Origin: Terrimicrobiaceae bacterium | GTDB lineage: Bacteria; Verrucomicrobiota; Verrucomicrobiia; Chthoniobacterales; Terrimicrobiaceae | Direction: 5' to 3' | Length of the DNA stretch: 64,000 nucleotides | Assembly: GCA_041752695.1 (NCBI GenBank) | Contig: JBGSVZ010000092.1 | Location: 1-64,000 of the forward strand | In this document: positions 31,101-38,963 of the stretch, piece by piece | Layout of the letters: every line of letters begins with the position of its first letter | How positions within the stretch are numbered: the stretch's first letter is position 1 | The notes under the pieces: model-generated | Told to the model about the DNA's origin: nothing | Databases searched by the model: none | The model's input: the letters and a program-made list of their open reading frames with translations, nothing else | Program-made: the position numbers and the translations under genes

Positions 31101-32313
31101 ATTTTCCGGTTTCCATCTGCTGCCGGTTGATTCCACTATTGCCGCGGTCTGGCGAGAAAAGGGCCTCGCCGGCGGATGGATACAGTCGCTCCCCTTTTGG
31201 AACACCGCTGTTGATGACGGGCGCGGGCAAGTTTCGGGTCGTATTGCGGCTTCCCGCACGGGACGAGTTGCCGTCGGTGTAGCGTGGTAGAAATGTGTAG
31301 GGGGCCGCTCCACCAGTGGTCGCGTCCGGCTGGGGTGAGAGTGCCGGTGCGGAAACGTTGTAAGGATAGGCGGTCATCGAAACGCCAAGCGCGGAAAAGA
31401 TTTTGGAAACGTCCGTGGTGGCGGGGTGACCTGGATAACGTTGATATTCCCCCTGCACCGGCTGGTTTTCCGAAAATAGCATGCGCTCCATCCAGATCCG
31501 GAAGCGGGGAGTGTCCCATGTGCCGGGATAAGTTGTCCCGCTCCACGTGCTGAAACTGCCTGCGGCGGTGTTGAGGTTGACCTTGGCGGTCTCGTCATCA
31601 GTCCAGAAGGCGATGCGGCCGCTGATCGGGTTGTCCGTGGTGGCACCCGGGACGGTGACGGACGTTGCCGTCTGGTTGGTGGGCGTAATGATTTGTCCGT
31701 CGCGCAACACGTAAAGCCAGCGGACTGGCATGGGGGCAGGCTGAAGAGCTGTGGTTCCCGGGGCGGAGGTGATCGAAAAACCATCGAGTCCGGTGAGCAC
31801 GTTGGGTGCCGTCGCGGTTCCCGGGTTTTGGGGATCCCGGGGATCCAGAATGGGGAAGACGAGTGCATTGGAGCCGCTTACTCCCGTGACCGTGACGGGC
31901 TTGTTGAGGTCCACCCAGGTGGCGGGTTCCGTCGCCCAGTTGGCTGGGGGAATGTCGTTGGCCAGCACGGCTCCGCTGGCCGTGGACGTGGCGACTGTCG
32001 TTCCGGAATAGAGCCGGAAGATGCGGGTGAGCGCCCCAGAGTCGTTAAACAGACGGATCGCACCCGGCTGGGACGCCCAGGCGGTTCCCGTCGTGCCGGT
32101 GGTGGCTTGGTTGATGGTGGCCTGGACTAAATTGACCGTCGTCTCGGCGAGGAGCCGCGTGCTCGCGGCTGCATCGTAACTGGCGGAGGCGGAGCGTTCT
32201 GTGGCGGTGCGGACCAGAAAAATGGTGACCAGAGCGGCCATGAGGACGATGAGCGCGAGCACCGCGATCAGCGCGGCTCCGCGCGTTTGGCAAAGGGGCG
32301 GACGATTTTTCAT
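28126..32313 (-). CDS. Verru_Chthon cassette protein A (large PilX/GspK-like pilin)
   Basis: 1395 aa; RG|AALIAVL prepilin-like N-terminus lacking Glu5; WASQPGAIR, MPVRWLYVL, GRIAFWTDDETAKVNLNTA, DHLFLDLFNMPVVEPYAI, GDNVRERPY. Confidence 0.92.
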   Translation of the reverse strand: MKNRPPLCQTRGAALIAVLALIVLMAALVTIFLVRTATERSASASYDAAASTRLLAETTVNLVQATINQATTGTTGTAWASQPGAIRLFNDSGALTRIFRLYSGTTVATSTASGAVLANDIPPANWATEPATWVDLNKPVTVTGVSGSNALVFPILDPRDPQNPGTATAPNVLTGLDGFSITSAPGTTALQPAPMPVRWLYVLRDGQIITPTNQTATSVTVPGATTDNPISGRIAFWTDDETAKVNLNTAAGSFSTWSGTTYPGTWDTPRFRIWMERMLFSENQPVQGEYQRYPGHPATTDVSKIFSALGVSMTAYPYNVSAPALSPQPDATTGGAAPYTFLPRYTDGNSSRAGSRNTTRNLPAPVINSGVPKGERLYPSAGEALFSPDRGNSGINRQQMETGKFFLTAHNRSPEVTLFGTPRIAMWPINLDTGATKRTTFDNLLAFCATTGTGGQASPYFIQRGNAFSATDDGAIPRNQNLLSYLRNLTNRQIPGFGGSFSGKYSFAISGAIERDQILAEIFDYIRSTNLWDHSVPASNTAFSRFTSNPAGVTGYGFQGVVNPLQMSVGSGTVHGLGRAQTLSEIGILIICTADGNSLLGPYVPPTTVSGAQVSPVPNSATDPLYASNLPTAQYLRNSGGFIVGWDPTTNTVTTGTGSTSTLPTTGGPFPANPTLTSTGLHGGTLQALAPGEKKLQAMLLFEIASPMMGYDAMQMNVRPALRINVTGIQGISIDSQNPFPSRTTTTNSLAENTNGNGVLEDFPTRTGAEQGTGGILGFRHTLRGRMNTWSGKEWLGTFGASTRPYRFISNPFTVGSSAVNLGGGFTAELQVPTAGGGGSTYQSFNVAFPNVQNVPTPDLMKTGLAKGSASSTGEPQDVAADWWGFDLRIRQASSAASLQSKNTLNPLTRFGAVIRADAPANHSEVANWTYASKAAVEQPSYSNQGVVTKFGGSDVVRTLVAKDGDYRLVAAQRTVNADGSSSSPFDKGPGYDSGVKLGNVFRDHYSSFATAGTDISGKLVNGALYGQNFTPKTPGTIASAKQTWDWDNGLPSESDGAYANKADEGNIYVSSASPYYNREQAGTGNDNIVSYFTANRIVSSAGMLGSLPTGVLEGVSWRTLLFRPQTSRPQDPAGPKDHLFLDLFNMPVVEPYAIGEPFSTDGKVNMNYQIVPFTYINRSSGVRAVLGTELVTRVPLAAAVNQTPSNEHVIYKPTGSTNGPGATAAVAGGVTLARLPLNLSETDGSLRQFREKFAAWDIFKSPSEICDIYLVPQGYTWANNAAADAAWYGDDFALVGDNVRERPYANIYPRLTTKSNTFTVHYTVQALKNPPGQSPDLWTEARGAVTGELRGSTTLERFLDPADSKIPDYAANPTAPSLDTFYQWRVISSNTFAP

Positions 32314-32936
32314 GGGCGATAAACGAGAGGAACCCCAGTGAGCGGGTTAATCTGCACGAGGAAATAGTTGGGGGGCAACTGCGAGTCATTGGCGAAGACG
32401 GCGGGCACCACCGAGAAAAACAAATTACTCATGGCGAGGACCGGCGTCACCTGCCCGGAGGGTCGGATCTGCACGGCGGCATAGGACGCATTGGCCGCGG
32501 TGGAACTCGCCGGCATGGTGCCGGTCGGCAGACTGGCCATCACGCCTGGCAGAGGCGGGTTGGCTGCGATGGTCACGCTCTGCGGCAGGGTGAACATGCC
32601 GCGCACCGGTTTCATGCCCCCGGCAGAGTCGGATCTCCAGAGCTGGACCGCACTGTAGCCCGCGCGATTGGGCAACTGTATGAACCGCAATTCGACCACG
32701 GTGTTTTGGGCCGAAGCGGTCTGCCGGGCGAGGTTCACCTGATCGGCCACCACCTGTCCGCCGCGGGTGAGGTCGCTGCTTTGCATCATGGACGACATGG
32801 CCGGAACGGTGAGGGCGGCGAGAATTCCGACAATGGCGACAACGACGAGCAGTTCCACCAGCGAGAATCCGGGCGGCCCCGAGCGGGCCAAACGCCCAAC
32901 GGTGAAATTTTTCCAGGTGGACCTCTCTAAGATCAT
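32310..32936 (-). CDS. Verru_Chthon cassette protein D (GspH/FimU-like pilin)
   Basis: G|FSLVELLVV, LARQTA, VELRF, C-terminal VQINPLTG...YRP; ATGA overlaps on both sides. Confidence 0.88.
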   Translation of the reverse strand: MILERSTWKNFTVGRLARSGPPGFSLVELLVVVAIVGILAALTVPAMSSMMQSSDLTRGGQVVADQVNLARQTASAQNTVVELRFIQLPNRAGYSAVQLWRSDSAGGMKPVRGMFTLPQSVTIAANPPLPGVMASLPTGTMPASSTAANASYAAVQIRPSGQVTPVLAMSNLFFSVVPAVFANDSQLPPNYFLVQINPLTGVPLVYRP

Positions 32937-33952
32937 TTCGCCCGACTCCATTTGGATTCCCTAAGTGGGACCGCAGTGGTGAAAATTTTGAATTCGATCT
33001 TCTTGTCCGCCAGCGCCTTGGTGACGTCCTCTAGATCCTGCTGATAGTCGGCCACATTGGTGAATTTTCCCGTCAGTGCCGATTCGATGTCGGCTGGAGG
33101 GGAAGAGGTTCCGGTGTCGAGACGGGCGGCGGAGCCCTCACTGATCGCAATCATGGTCACCTGAATCAACGGCGGCAACTGATTGGCGGTGATGATCTGG
33201 GGAACCTGGAGGGCGTCGTCTTGGGAGTCATAGAGAAACTTCCCGCTGGGGGTGAGTTCCTCGCCGGAGGGATCTTCCGCGCTGGAAAGACGGGGCCAGA
33301 CGATGAGAGCGATGACATTTTCCGCCAGGGGAGAAACAAGTCCTGTGGTGCTGGTGGCATTGATCGGAGTCGTCCACGCCGCGGAGTCCCAGTAGCCTTG
33401 CACGGCCGCTCGATAGGCGCTTTCTGCCTGACCGGCTGCGCGGATCGGCTTGTTAAAAATCGACAGCTGCTCGGTAGGTTGAATGCCAAACATCAGGCGG
33501 TAGCGGAATTTCGCATTGCCGACGGCGCTGGGTTGAAACGGGGCGCTGCTTCCATAGCTGACAAACGCGCTACAAGCGTTGAGGAGTCCGCGGGTGGATC
33601 GCAGACCGGCATCCGCAGAATAGGTTTCGGGGGCGGCGAAAAAGATCTGCTGTCCGTAATTGCCATTCGGCCGCACGAGAAACTGGAGGTCCGATTGCCG
33701 CAAATACACCGTGGGTGCGAGGGGGTTGTCGTATTCCCAATAGGTGTTGAGCGTTGCCTGGGAAAGGGAGCGGTTGAGCGTGTCAAAACCGGCTCTCGCC
33801 CCCGCCAGCGCATCAATCCCCGCCGTGGCCCGGCGCATGGTCGCAGAGACAGAATTGGTGACCGCGACGATGATGCCCAGCAGCACGATGAGCACAGCCA
33901 TGGCGGCCAGCAGCTCAATCAGGGTAAAGGCGAGGCGGTAGCGATGTCTCAT
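32933..33952 (-). CDS. Verru_Chthon cassette protein C (GspJ/PilW-like pilin)
   Basis: A|FTLIELL, LSQATLNTYWEY, YLRQSDLQF, LAENVIAL, QLPP, C-terminal KWS. Confidence 0.9.
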   Translation of the reverse strand: MRHRYRLAFTLIELLAAMAVLIVLLGIIVAVTNSVSATMRRATAGIDALAGARAGFDTLNRSLSQATLNTYWEYDNPLAPTVYLRQSDLQFLVRPNGNYGQQIFFAAPETYSADAGLRSTRGLLNACSAFVSYGSSAPFQPSAVGNAKFRYRLMFGIQPTEQLSIFNKPIRAAGQAESAYRAAVQGYWDSAAWTTPINATSTTGLVSPLAENVIALIVWPRLSSAEDPSGEELTPSGKFLYDSQDDALQVPQIITANQLPPLIQVTMIAISEGSAARLDTGTSSPPADIESALTGKFTNVADYQQDLEDVTKALADKKIEFKIFTTAVPLRESKWSRAK

Positions 33953-33990
33953 GGGGGAGGGGGCGCGTAACTAACGGCGCGGCGGCGGCC

Positions 33991-34479
33991 CTAATCCGTC
34001 TTTTGCTTCGCCAGCAGGAGGCCGAAAACCGTTTTCTGCCGATTGGCTACGGCGACGCCCAAGGGATGGGTCAGAGTCACCGTCACGTTCCGCGCATTGG
34101 TGGGATCGACGGTCAGCCCAGGGAGGTTAACGCCCCCAACCGCGAAAGACGCCTCGTAATACGCGTCTGCCCCCGCGGTTGTTTTGGTGCCCTCCAGAGT
34201 AAAATAATAGGGATTGGCGGCCAGATTTTGCACGGTCAGGGTGTCTGTGCTCGTGCCATCCGAATTGAAGGAAATCTGCTGGAGTTCGCCCTGCAACTGA
34301 CGGGCGATATTGGCCGTGGCCACCTGGGTGCGGGACTGCTGGGAAGACTTCAGTCCCACCGGGAGAGTGCCCAGCATAGCCATCATGGCGAAAGACACCA
34401 CGCCGATGGCCAAAACGACCTCCACCAGACTAAAAGCCTGGCGGGAGCGGGAAGGCGGCAGTTTACGGCGTAAAGCCAT
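33991..34479 (-). CDS. Verru_Chthon cassette protein B (GspI/PilV-like pilin)
   Basis: A|FSLVEVVLAIGVVSFAMMAMLGTLPVGL. Confidence 0.88.
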   Translation of the reverse strand: MALRRKLPPSRSRQAFSLVEVVLAIGVVSFAMMAMLGTLPVGLKSSQQSRTQVATANIARQLQGELQQISFNSDGTSTDTLTVQNLAANPYYFTLEGTKTTAGADAYYEASFAVGGVNLPGLTVDPTNARNVTVTLTHPLGVAVANRQKTVFGLLLAKQKTD

Positions 34480-34853
34480 TGTGACTACTTCTCGGTGGGG
34501 AACGAACATGAGTTAACCGTAAATGGAGAATGAAGAAACTGTTAGCTTTTTGCTGACCAAAAATGTGCGTTTTCGCGATCATTCCGGTCCGGTAGAAGGC
34601 ACAAAATTCGTGATGTAGGTTCTCAGCTGACGGAAATTGGAGGGATTTGGCAAACGTTCTTCCCAGAGACCGATTTTCCTCGAGGGATCAGAAATCCAGT
34701 TGGGCTGGGGGGCTTGAAGAGTTTAGCAGGAACAGGACTTGTCCGCCAGCGGGATGTGCCCCGTCTCGGGGGAGGAAACCAGGAGTGTTGGGTTGAGTTT
34801 TTTCTGACATGCTGGTACGCTGTGGACCTGTTTAAGGTACGGACATCCTCCCC

Positions 34854-35669
34854 ATGAAAAAATTTCTCCTGTGCTTCCTGGTGTTGACCGCAGTTTCTCC
34901 GGTCAAGGCGCAAACGGTTCTTTACGATCTCAATGACACTGTTTTTTCCGGGACCGCCGGCGCGAACACCTTTCTCGCGGGCCCGGGGTCATTGTCCCAA
35001 CCCAGCCCGGGGTCGTCGATTACGCAAACATTGGGGACTTCGGGGAATTTCTCCTACTCGGTCGGGTATTTTGACCTGACCTCGCTTCTGGCGCTCGGGG
35101 ATTCCCTTACGATTTCCTACGCGGTGGATACCAGTTCGATCACGACCTTCCAAAACAGTGATCAGCAGTTTCGCGTGGGTTTGTTTAACTCGGGTGGCTC
35201 GCAGCTGACTGCGAATGTCGGGACAACTTCTGCGACGTTTAATGGTTACGACGGTTACGTGGGGACGTACCGGCCGAATGGCGCGTCGGGAGCGGCGAAT
35301 ACGTTACGCGAACGCACAGGCACAAACGACCTGCTTTGGTCGGGCGGCTCTTACACGACGCTGAGCGGTGCGCCAACGCTGGTGAGTCCCGGGACGGGCG
35401 ACTTCACGGGCAGCTTCAAGCTGACCCTTGTGGCCTCGGGGGTGGAGATTTCGAGCGTGATCAACGGAGGGGCGGCCCAGACCGTGATTGATACCACGGG
35501 AACTTTGACCTCGTTTGACACATTCTCGATTTTTGCGAACCCCCTGAACAATAGCCCTACCCTCGTTTTCACCGCACTTTCCGTCACGACTTCCGTGCCC
35601 GAACCTTCCGTGGTCGGATTGGTGGGCTGCGGGTTGGGCTTGGGGCTATTGCGCCGTCGGAGGAATTAG
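34854..35669 (+). CDS. PEP-CTERM surface protein
   Basis: Signal peptide, Ser/Thr/Gly-rich body, VPEPS followed by a transmembrane segment and RRRR. Confidence 0.92.
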   Translation: MKKFLLCFLVLTAVSPVKAQTVLYDLNDTVFSGTAGANTFLAGPGSLSQPSPGSSITQTLGTSGNFSYSVGYFDLTSLLALGDSLTISYAVDTSSITTFQNSDQQFRVGLFNSGGSQLTANVGTTSATFNGYDGYVGTYRPNGASGAANTLRERTGTNDLLWSGGSYTTLSGAPTLVSPGTGDFTGSFKLTLVASGVEISSVINGGAAQTVIDTTGTLTSFDTFSIFANPLNNSPTLVFTALSVTTSVPEPSVVGLVGCGLGLGLLRRRRN

Positions 35670-35880
35670 AGGCGGAGAGAGTCTTCGTCAGCGCGGGCCA
35701 CGGACGGCGAGTCGGTCGTCGGATTTCGGATGATTAGGTGATTGGTCGGTCCAATGTTTTTGATCGCGCTCCATGGAAAGTTTTGGACGTTGAGAAGGTG
35801 AGGTCGGGGGAGCGGCCCTGTCCCCGCGAGGGTTTTTAACGAATGAGCGGGTATGGAAATAAAGGGAAACGGATTTTTCG

Positions 35881-35940
35881 GGCTGGCTGACTCGTGACGG
35901 CGAAAGTCAGAAAACGACATAAAAATTGTCGGCTTGGTAT
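35881..35940 (+). promoter_or_regulatory. Candidate AraC-type regulatory site (copy 1)
   Basis: GGCTGGCTGACTC...GTCAGAAAACGACATAAAAATTGTCGG; matches 38830-38893. Confidence 0.5.
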
Positions 35941-36051
35941 TAACGCTTGGTGGTTTGCGGTGCTACGTTCCTATCAATAGCAGAACGCTTCGGCTCGGTT
36001 TCCCAGTCGGCGGAAAGTCTTCTGCTCATCATTCCAACACCCCAAAAAGCC

Positions 36052-36921
36052 ATGAAGTTCACCTCCCTCAAAATCGTGCGTAACCTGTTTGTTTGCGCTC
36101 TTGCTGCCTCCGCCTGCCCACAGGCGGGTGCCCAAACGCTCCTCAGTTACTGGAATTTCAACAACGTCAGTCCGGGCTACCTGAGCGGAAACGGGTCTCT
36201 CGGTTCCTTCAGCACTGCTGCCGCTGCTTACGGCGAGGCGTACTCCCAAACGAACAACTCGACCGCTGGCAGTCTCGCTAGCAACACGGCTAATAGCACA
36301 GTCTTCAATACGTCCGCTGTGAATATTAACTTTTCCAACCTCGGAACATCGCCAACCCCGAATATCAACGGTAAAACGTTTGCCAGCGGATACACTGTTC
36401 AGGGTCAGACCAATACGTCCTTTGGCGGCTATGGGACATTCTTGGATTCCACGACAAATCGGGTTTCCGGCGATACCACCACCGGAGGTTCCTTCATTAT
36501 CATGAATCCATCCGGGGCATCGCTCGGGAAATCCATCACCTTTTCTCTTAGTAGCGAGGGTTATGACACGCTCTCTCTCAGCTATGCCACCCGCATCTCC
36601 AGTGGCAGCACCGGCACGGAGGCATGGACTTACAGCACGGACGGTGTGAATTTTACAAGCCTGACGTCCCTCTCGAGCCTCACGCAGGGAAGCTTCGGGG
36701 TTCAGACTCTAGACCTCTCGACCCTCAGTTCGGGAGCTCTTGATGACCAGGCAACATTTTATCTCCGCATGACCATTGGAACAGGCACCAGCGCCAGTTA
36801 TGCCTTCGATAACTTTCAACTCGTTGGAACGGCTGTTCCTGAACCGTCAACCTGCGTGATTGCTCTGGGCGGGTTGGGTCTGGTTCTTATCCGGGGGCGT
36901 ACTCGATCGCGGAATTCCTAA
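36052..36921 (+). CDS. PEP-CTERM surface protein
   Basis: Signal peptide, YWNFN start, WTYSTDGVNFT, FDNFQL, VPEPST followed by a transmembrane segment and a basic tail. Confidence 0.92.
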   Translation: MKFTSLKIVRNLFVCALAASACPQAGAQTLLSYWNFNNVSPGYLSGNGSLGSFSTAAAAYGEAYSQTNNSTAGSLASNTANSTVFNTSAVNINFSNLGTSPTPNINGKTFASGYTVQGQTNTSFGGYGTFLDSTTNRVSGDTTTGGSFIIMNPSGASLGKSITFSLSSEGYDTLSLSYATRISSGSTGTEAWTYSTDGVNFTSLTSLSSLTQGSFGVQTLDLSTLSSGALDDQATFYLRMTIGTGTSASYAFDNFQLVGTAVPEPSTCVIALGGLGLVLIRGRTRSRNS

Positions 36922-36975
36922 AGTTTTCGGGGCAGGTAAACGCTGGTTAACACAAAAATTTTCCCGGGGGGGAGT

Positions 36976-37006
36976 GAGAGGGCGGCTGCGGCCGCCCTTT
37001 CTTTTT
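36976..37006 (+). terminator. Rho-independent terminator
   Basis: GAGAGGGCGGC-TGCG-GCCGCCCTTTC followed by TTTTT. Confidence 0.8.
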
Positions 37007-38771
37007 AATTGGTCGATCGGTGTTCGACGGGCCGAGGCAAGGGTGGTGGCGGGGCGTGGCGTTCGTCCGTTGTCCGGAACTGGCGTTTGTATTGGCCGGG
37101 GGTCTGGCCGGTGAGGCGGCGGAAGACCTTAGCGAAGTGAATGCGGTCGGTAAAGCCGGAGCGTTCGGCGGCATCGTCGATGGAGTTTTTGGGATCCTTT
37201 AAGATCTCGCGTGCATGGTCAATGCGCATGCGCCGGATGTAGAGGCTAAGATCCAGTCCGGCGTGGTTTTTGAATTTGCGGCTGAGAAAATCCGGGTGAC
37301 AGCGCAGGTGGGCTGCGATGTCCCGGATATTAAACTGCTCCTGGATGCGCGTCTGCACGTAGCGCATCGTTTCTTTCACCAGGTAGGGTGCGGGGGTGTC
37401 GGTCTCTGAAATAAATTTGTCGAGATCGCCTCCATTCGAGGCAATTACGTCGCGGTACCAGAGCGCAGAGTCCTTCAAGGTTCGTTGCTGCGTGGCGTAG
37501 TCCACGTGAATGAGTCCAAAGCGATGTTTGTAGCCGTCCTGCCACTCAAAATTATCCATGGCCGACCAATAAAAATATCCCTGAAGATCAATTCCGTCGG
37601 CCAGGGCGCGGCGAAGTTGAATGAGGTATTTGGTCATAAAATCGATCCGGCTGGCATCGTGGACCCGCCCGTCGAGATTGACAAAGTCCGAGCAGGTGAT
37701 GCCGTTTTCCGTGATGACCAGCGGGAGTTTGTAGTGGTCGCCGAGGAACCGGGAGGCCCAGTAGAGTGCTTCCGGCGTTTGTTTCCAGAGATAGAGAGTC
37801 TGCGGGTGGCCGGGAGGGAAGGGTACGGCGACGGGATGGCCGTCGGCATCAGCCTTGACCGGTATGCCCTGAAAAATGTTGCAGCCGAAAAAGTCGAGCG
37901 GTTGCTGAATGGTTTTCATTTCCGCCGTGGTGTGTTTCGGCACCGCGTTCCCATGCTGTCGGAGGCCGTCTTCGGGGTAGTGCCCAAATACGACAGGGTC
38001 TCCCAACCAGGTATTATTCCAGAGAGAGCCAGGGTGGACGGAGAGCGTGGCAAGGCGGGCAGCTTCGCGGTCCTCGGGGCTTGGGCTGGCCGGATAAAAA
38101 ACCGTCGTGGAGGGAGCCCACCCAATCACGGGTTTGGTCAGAGCACTGGTCCGGATCTCCTGGACCGCGCGCCCATGGGCAATGAGGGAATGATGCGCGG
38201 CGAGCAGCAGTTCCGGGAAGTCGAGTTTCAGGCCGGGTGCATGTTCGCCGGTGCCATGGCCCAGACCGAGAAAACATTGAGGGTCACTCTGGGTGACCCA
38301 GTGGCGGACCCGATCAGAAAGACGTTTTACGACGGCAGTCGTGTAGCGCGCGAACCACTCGGGACTCTCAGGATTTAGCCATCCTCCACGGAGAAATAGT
38401 GCGTAGGGAAAATCCCAGTGAAACAAAGTCACCCAAGGCTGAACTCCGGCGGCGAGAAGCACGTCGACCAGACGGTCATAAAAATCAAGGCCTTTGCGGC
38501 AAATGCGGCCGTCTCCTTCGGGTAAAACCCGGGCCCATGACACCGAGAGCCGGTAGGCCTGCAAACCAATTTTTTGAAACAGGGCGACATCCTCCTGGTA
38601 GCGTTGATAGTGATTGCAGGCATCCCGGCCGGAATGTCCTTCCCAAATGTGGGAGCCGTCCCGGGTGAACATGTCCCAGACGGACAGCCCCTTTCCGTCG
38701 GCGTCCCAGGCTCCTTCCATTTGATAGGCGGATCCGGAAGCACCCCAAGTGAAGGTGGGAGGGAATTTCAT
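37005..38771 (-). CDS. GH1 beta-glycosidase domain fused to a C-terminal AraC HTH; acid/base motif degenerate
   Basis: FTWG..SAYQMEG, YRLSVSW, TLFHWD, TQSDP in place of TxNEP, ITENG, DNFEW; then IRDIAAHLRCHPDFLSRKFK...RIDHAREIL...GFTDRIHFAKVFRRLTGQTPGQYK. Confidence 0.92.
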   Translation of the reverse strand: MKFPPTFTWGASGSAYQMEGAWDADGKGLSVWDMFTRDGSHIWEGHSGRDACNHYQRYQEDVALFQKIGLQAYRLSVSWARVLPEGDGRICRKGLDFYDRLVDVLLAAGVQPWVTLFHWDFPYALFLRGGWLNPESPEWFARYTTAVVKRLSDRVRHWVTQSDPQCFLGLGHGTGEHAPGLKLDFPELLLAAHHSLIAHGRAVQEIRTSALTKPVIGWAPSTTVFYPASPSPEDREAARLATLSVHPGSLWNNTWLGDPVVFGHYPEDGLRQHGNAVPKHTTAEMKTIQQPLDFFGCNIFQGIPVKADADGHPVAVPFPPGHPQTLYLWKQTPEALYWASRFLGDHYKLPLVITENGITCSDFVNLDGRVHDASRIDFMTKYLIQLRRALADGIDLQGYFYWSAMDNFEWQDGYKHRFGLIHVDYATQQRTLKDSALWYRDVIASNGGDLDKFISETDTPAPYLVKETMRYVQTRIQEQFNIRDIAAHLRCHPDFLSRKFKNHAGLDLSLYIRRMRIDHAREILKDPKNSIDDAAERSGFTDRIHFAKVFRRLTGQTPGQYKRQFRTTDERHAPPPPLPRPVEHRSTN

Positions 38772-38829
38772 GGGAGAGCGCGAAGATTTCAGAGAAATCA
38801 AATTACGGCAAGACGAAAGCGAAATTGGT

Positions 38830-38893
38830 GGCTGTCTGACTCATTTGGCTCCTTCGTGGTCAGATATCGACAAGAAAATGATCATATCTGGCC
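38830..38893 (+). promoter_or_regulatory. Candidate AraC-type regulatory site (copy 2) in the divergent promoter region
   Basis: GGCTGTCTGACTC...GGTCAGATATCGACAAGAAAATGATCATATCTGGCC. Confidence 0.55.
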
Positions 38894-38963
38894 CTATCGC
38901 CCGTCTGTTCCTTCGCTAAGCTTTTGAAGTGTCCTTTCCCCTGAGTTCTTTTCGCCTGATTTC

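Noticed and set aside
34640..34720. c-di-GMP-I riboswitch, suggested by GGCAAAC upstream of a PEP-CTERM gene
   Set aside because: It lacks the GNRA-capped P2 stem and downstream conserved elements; an Rfam covariance search would be decisive.
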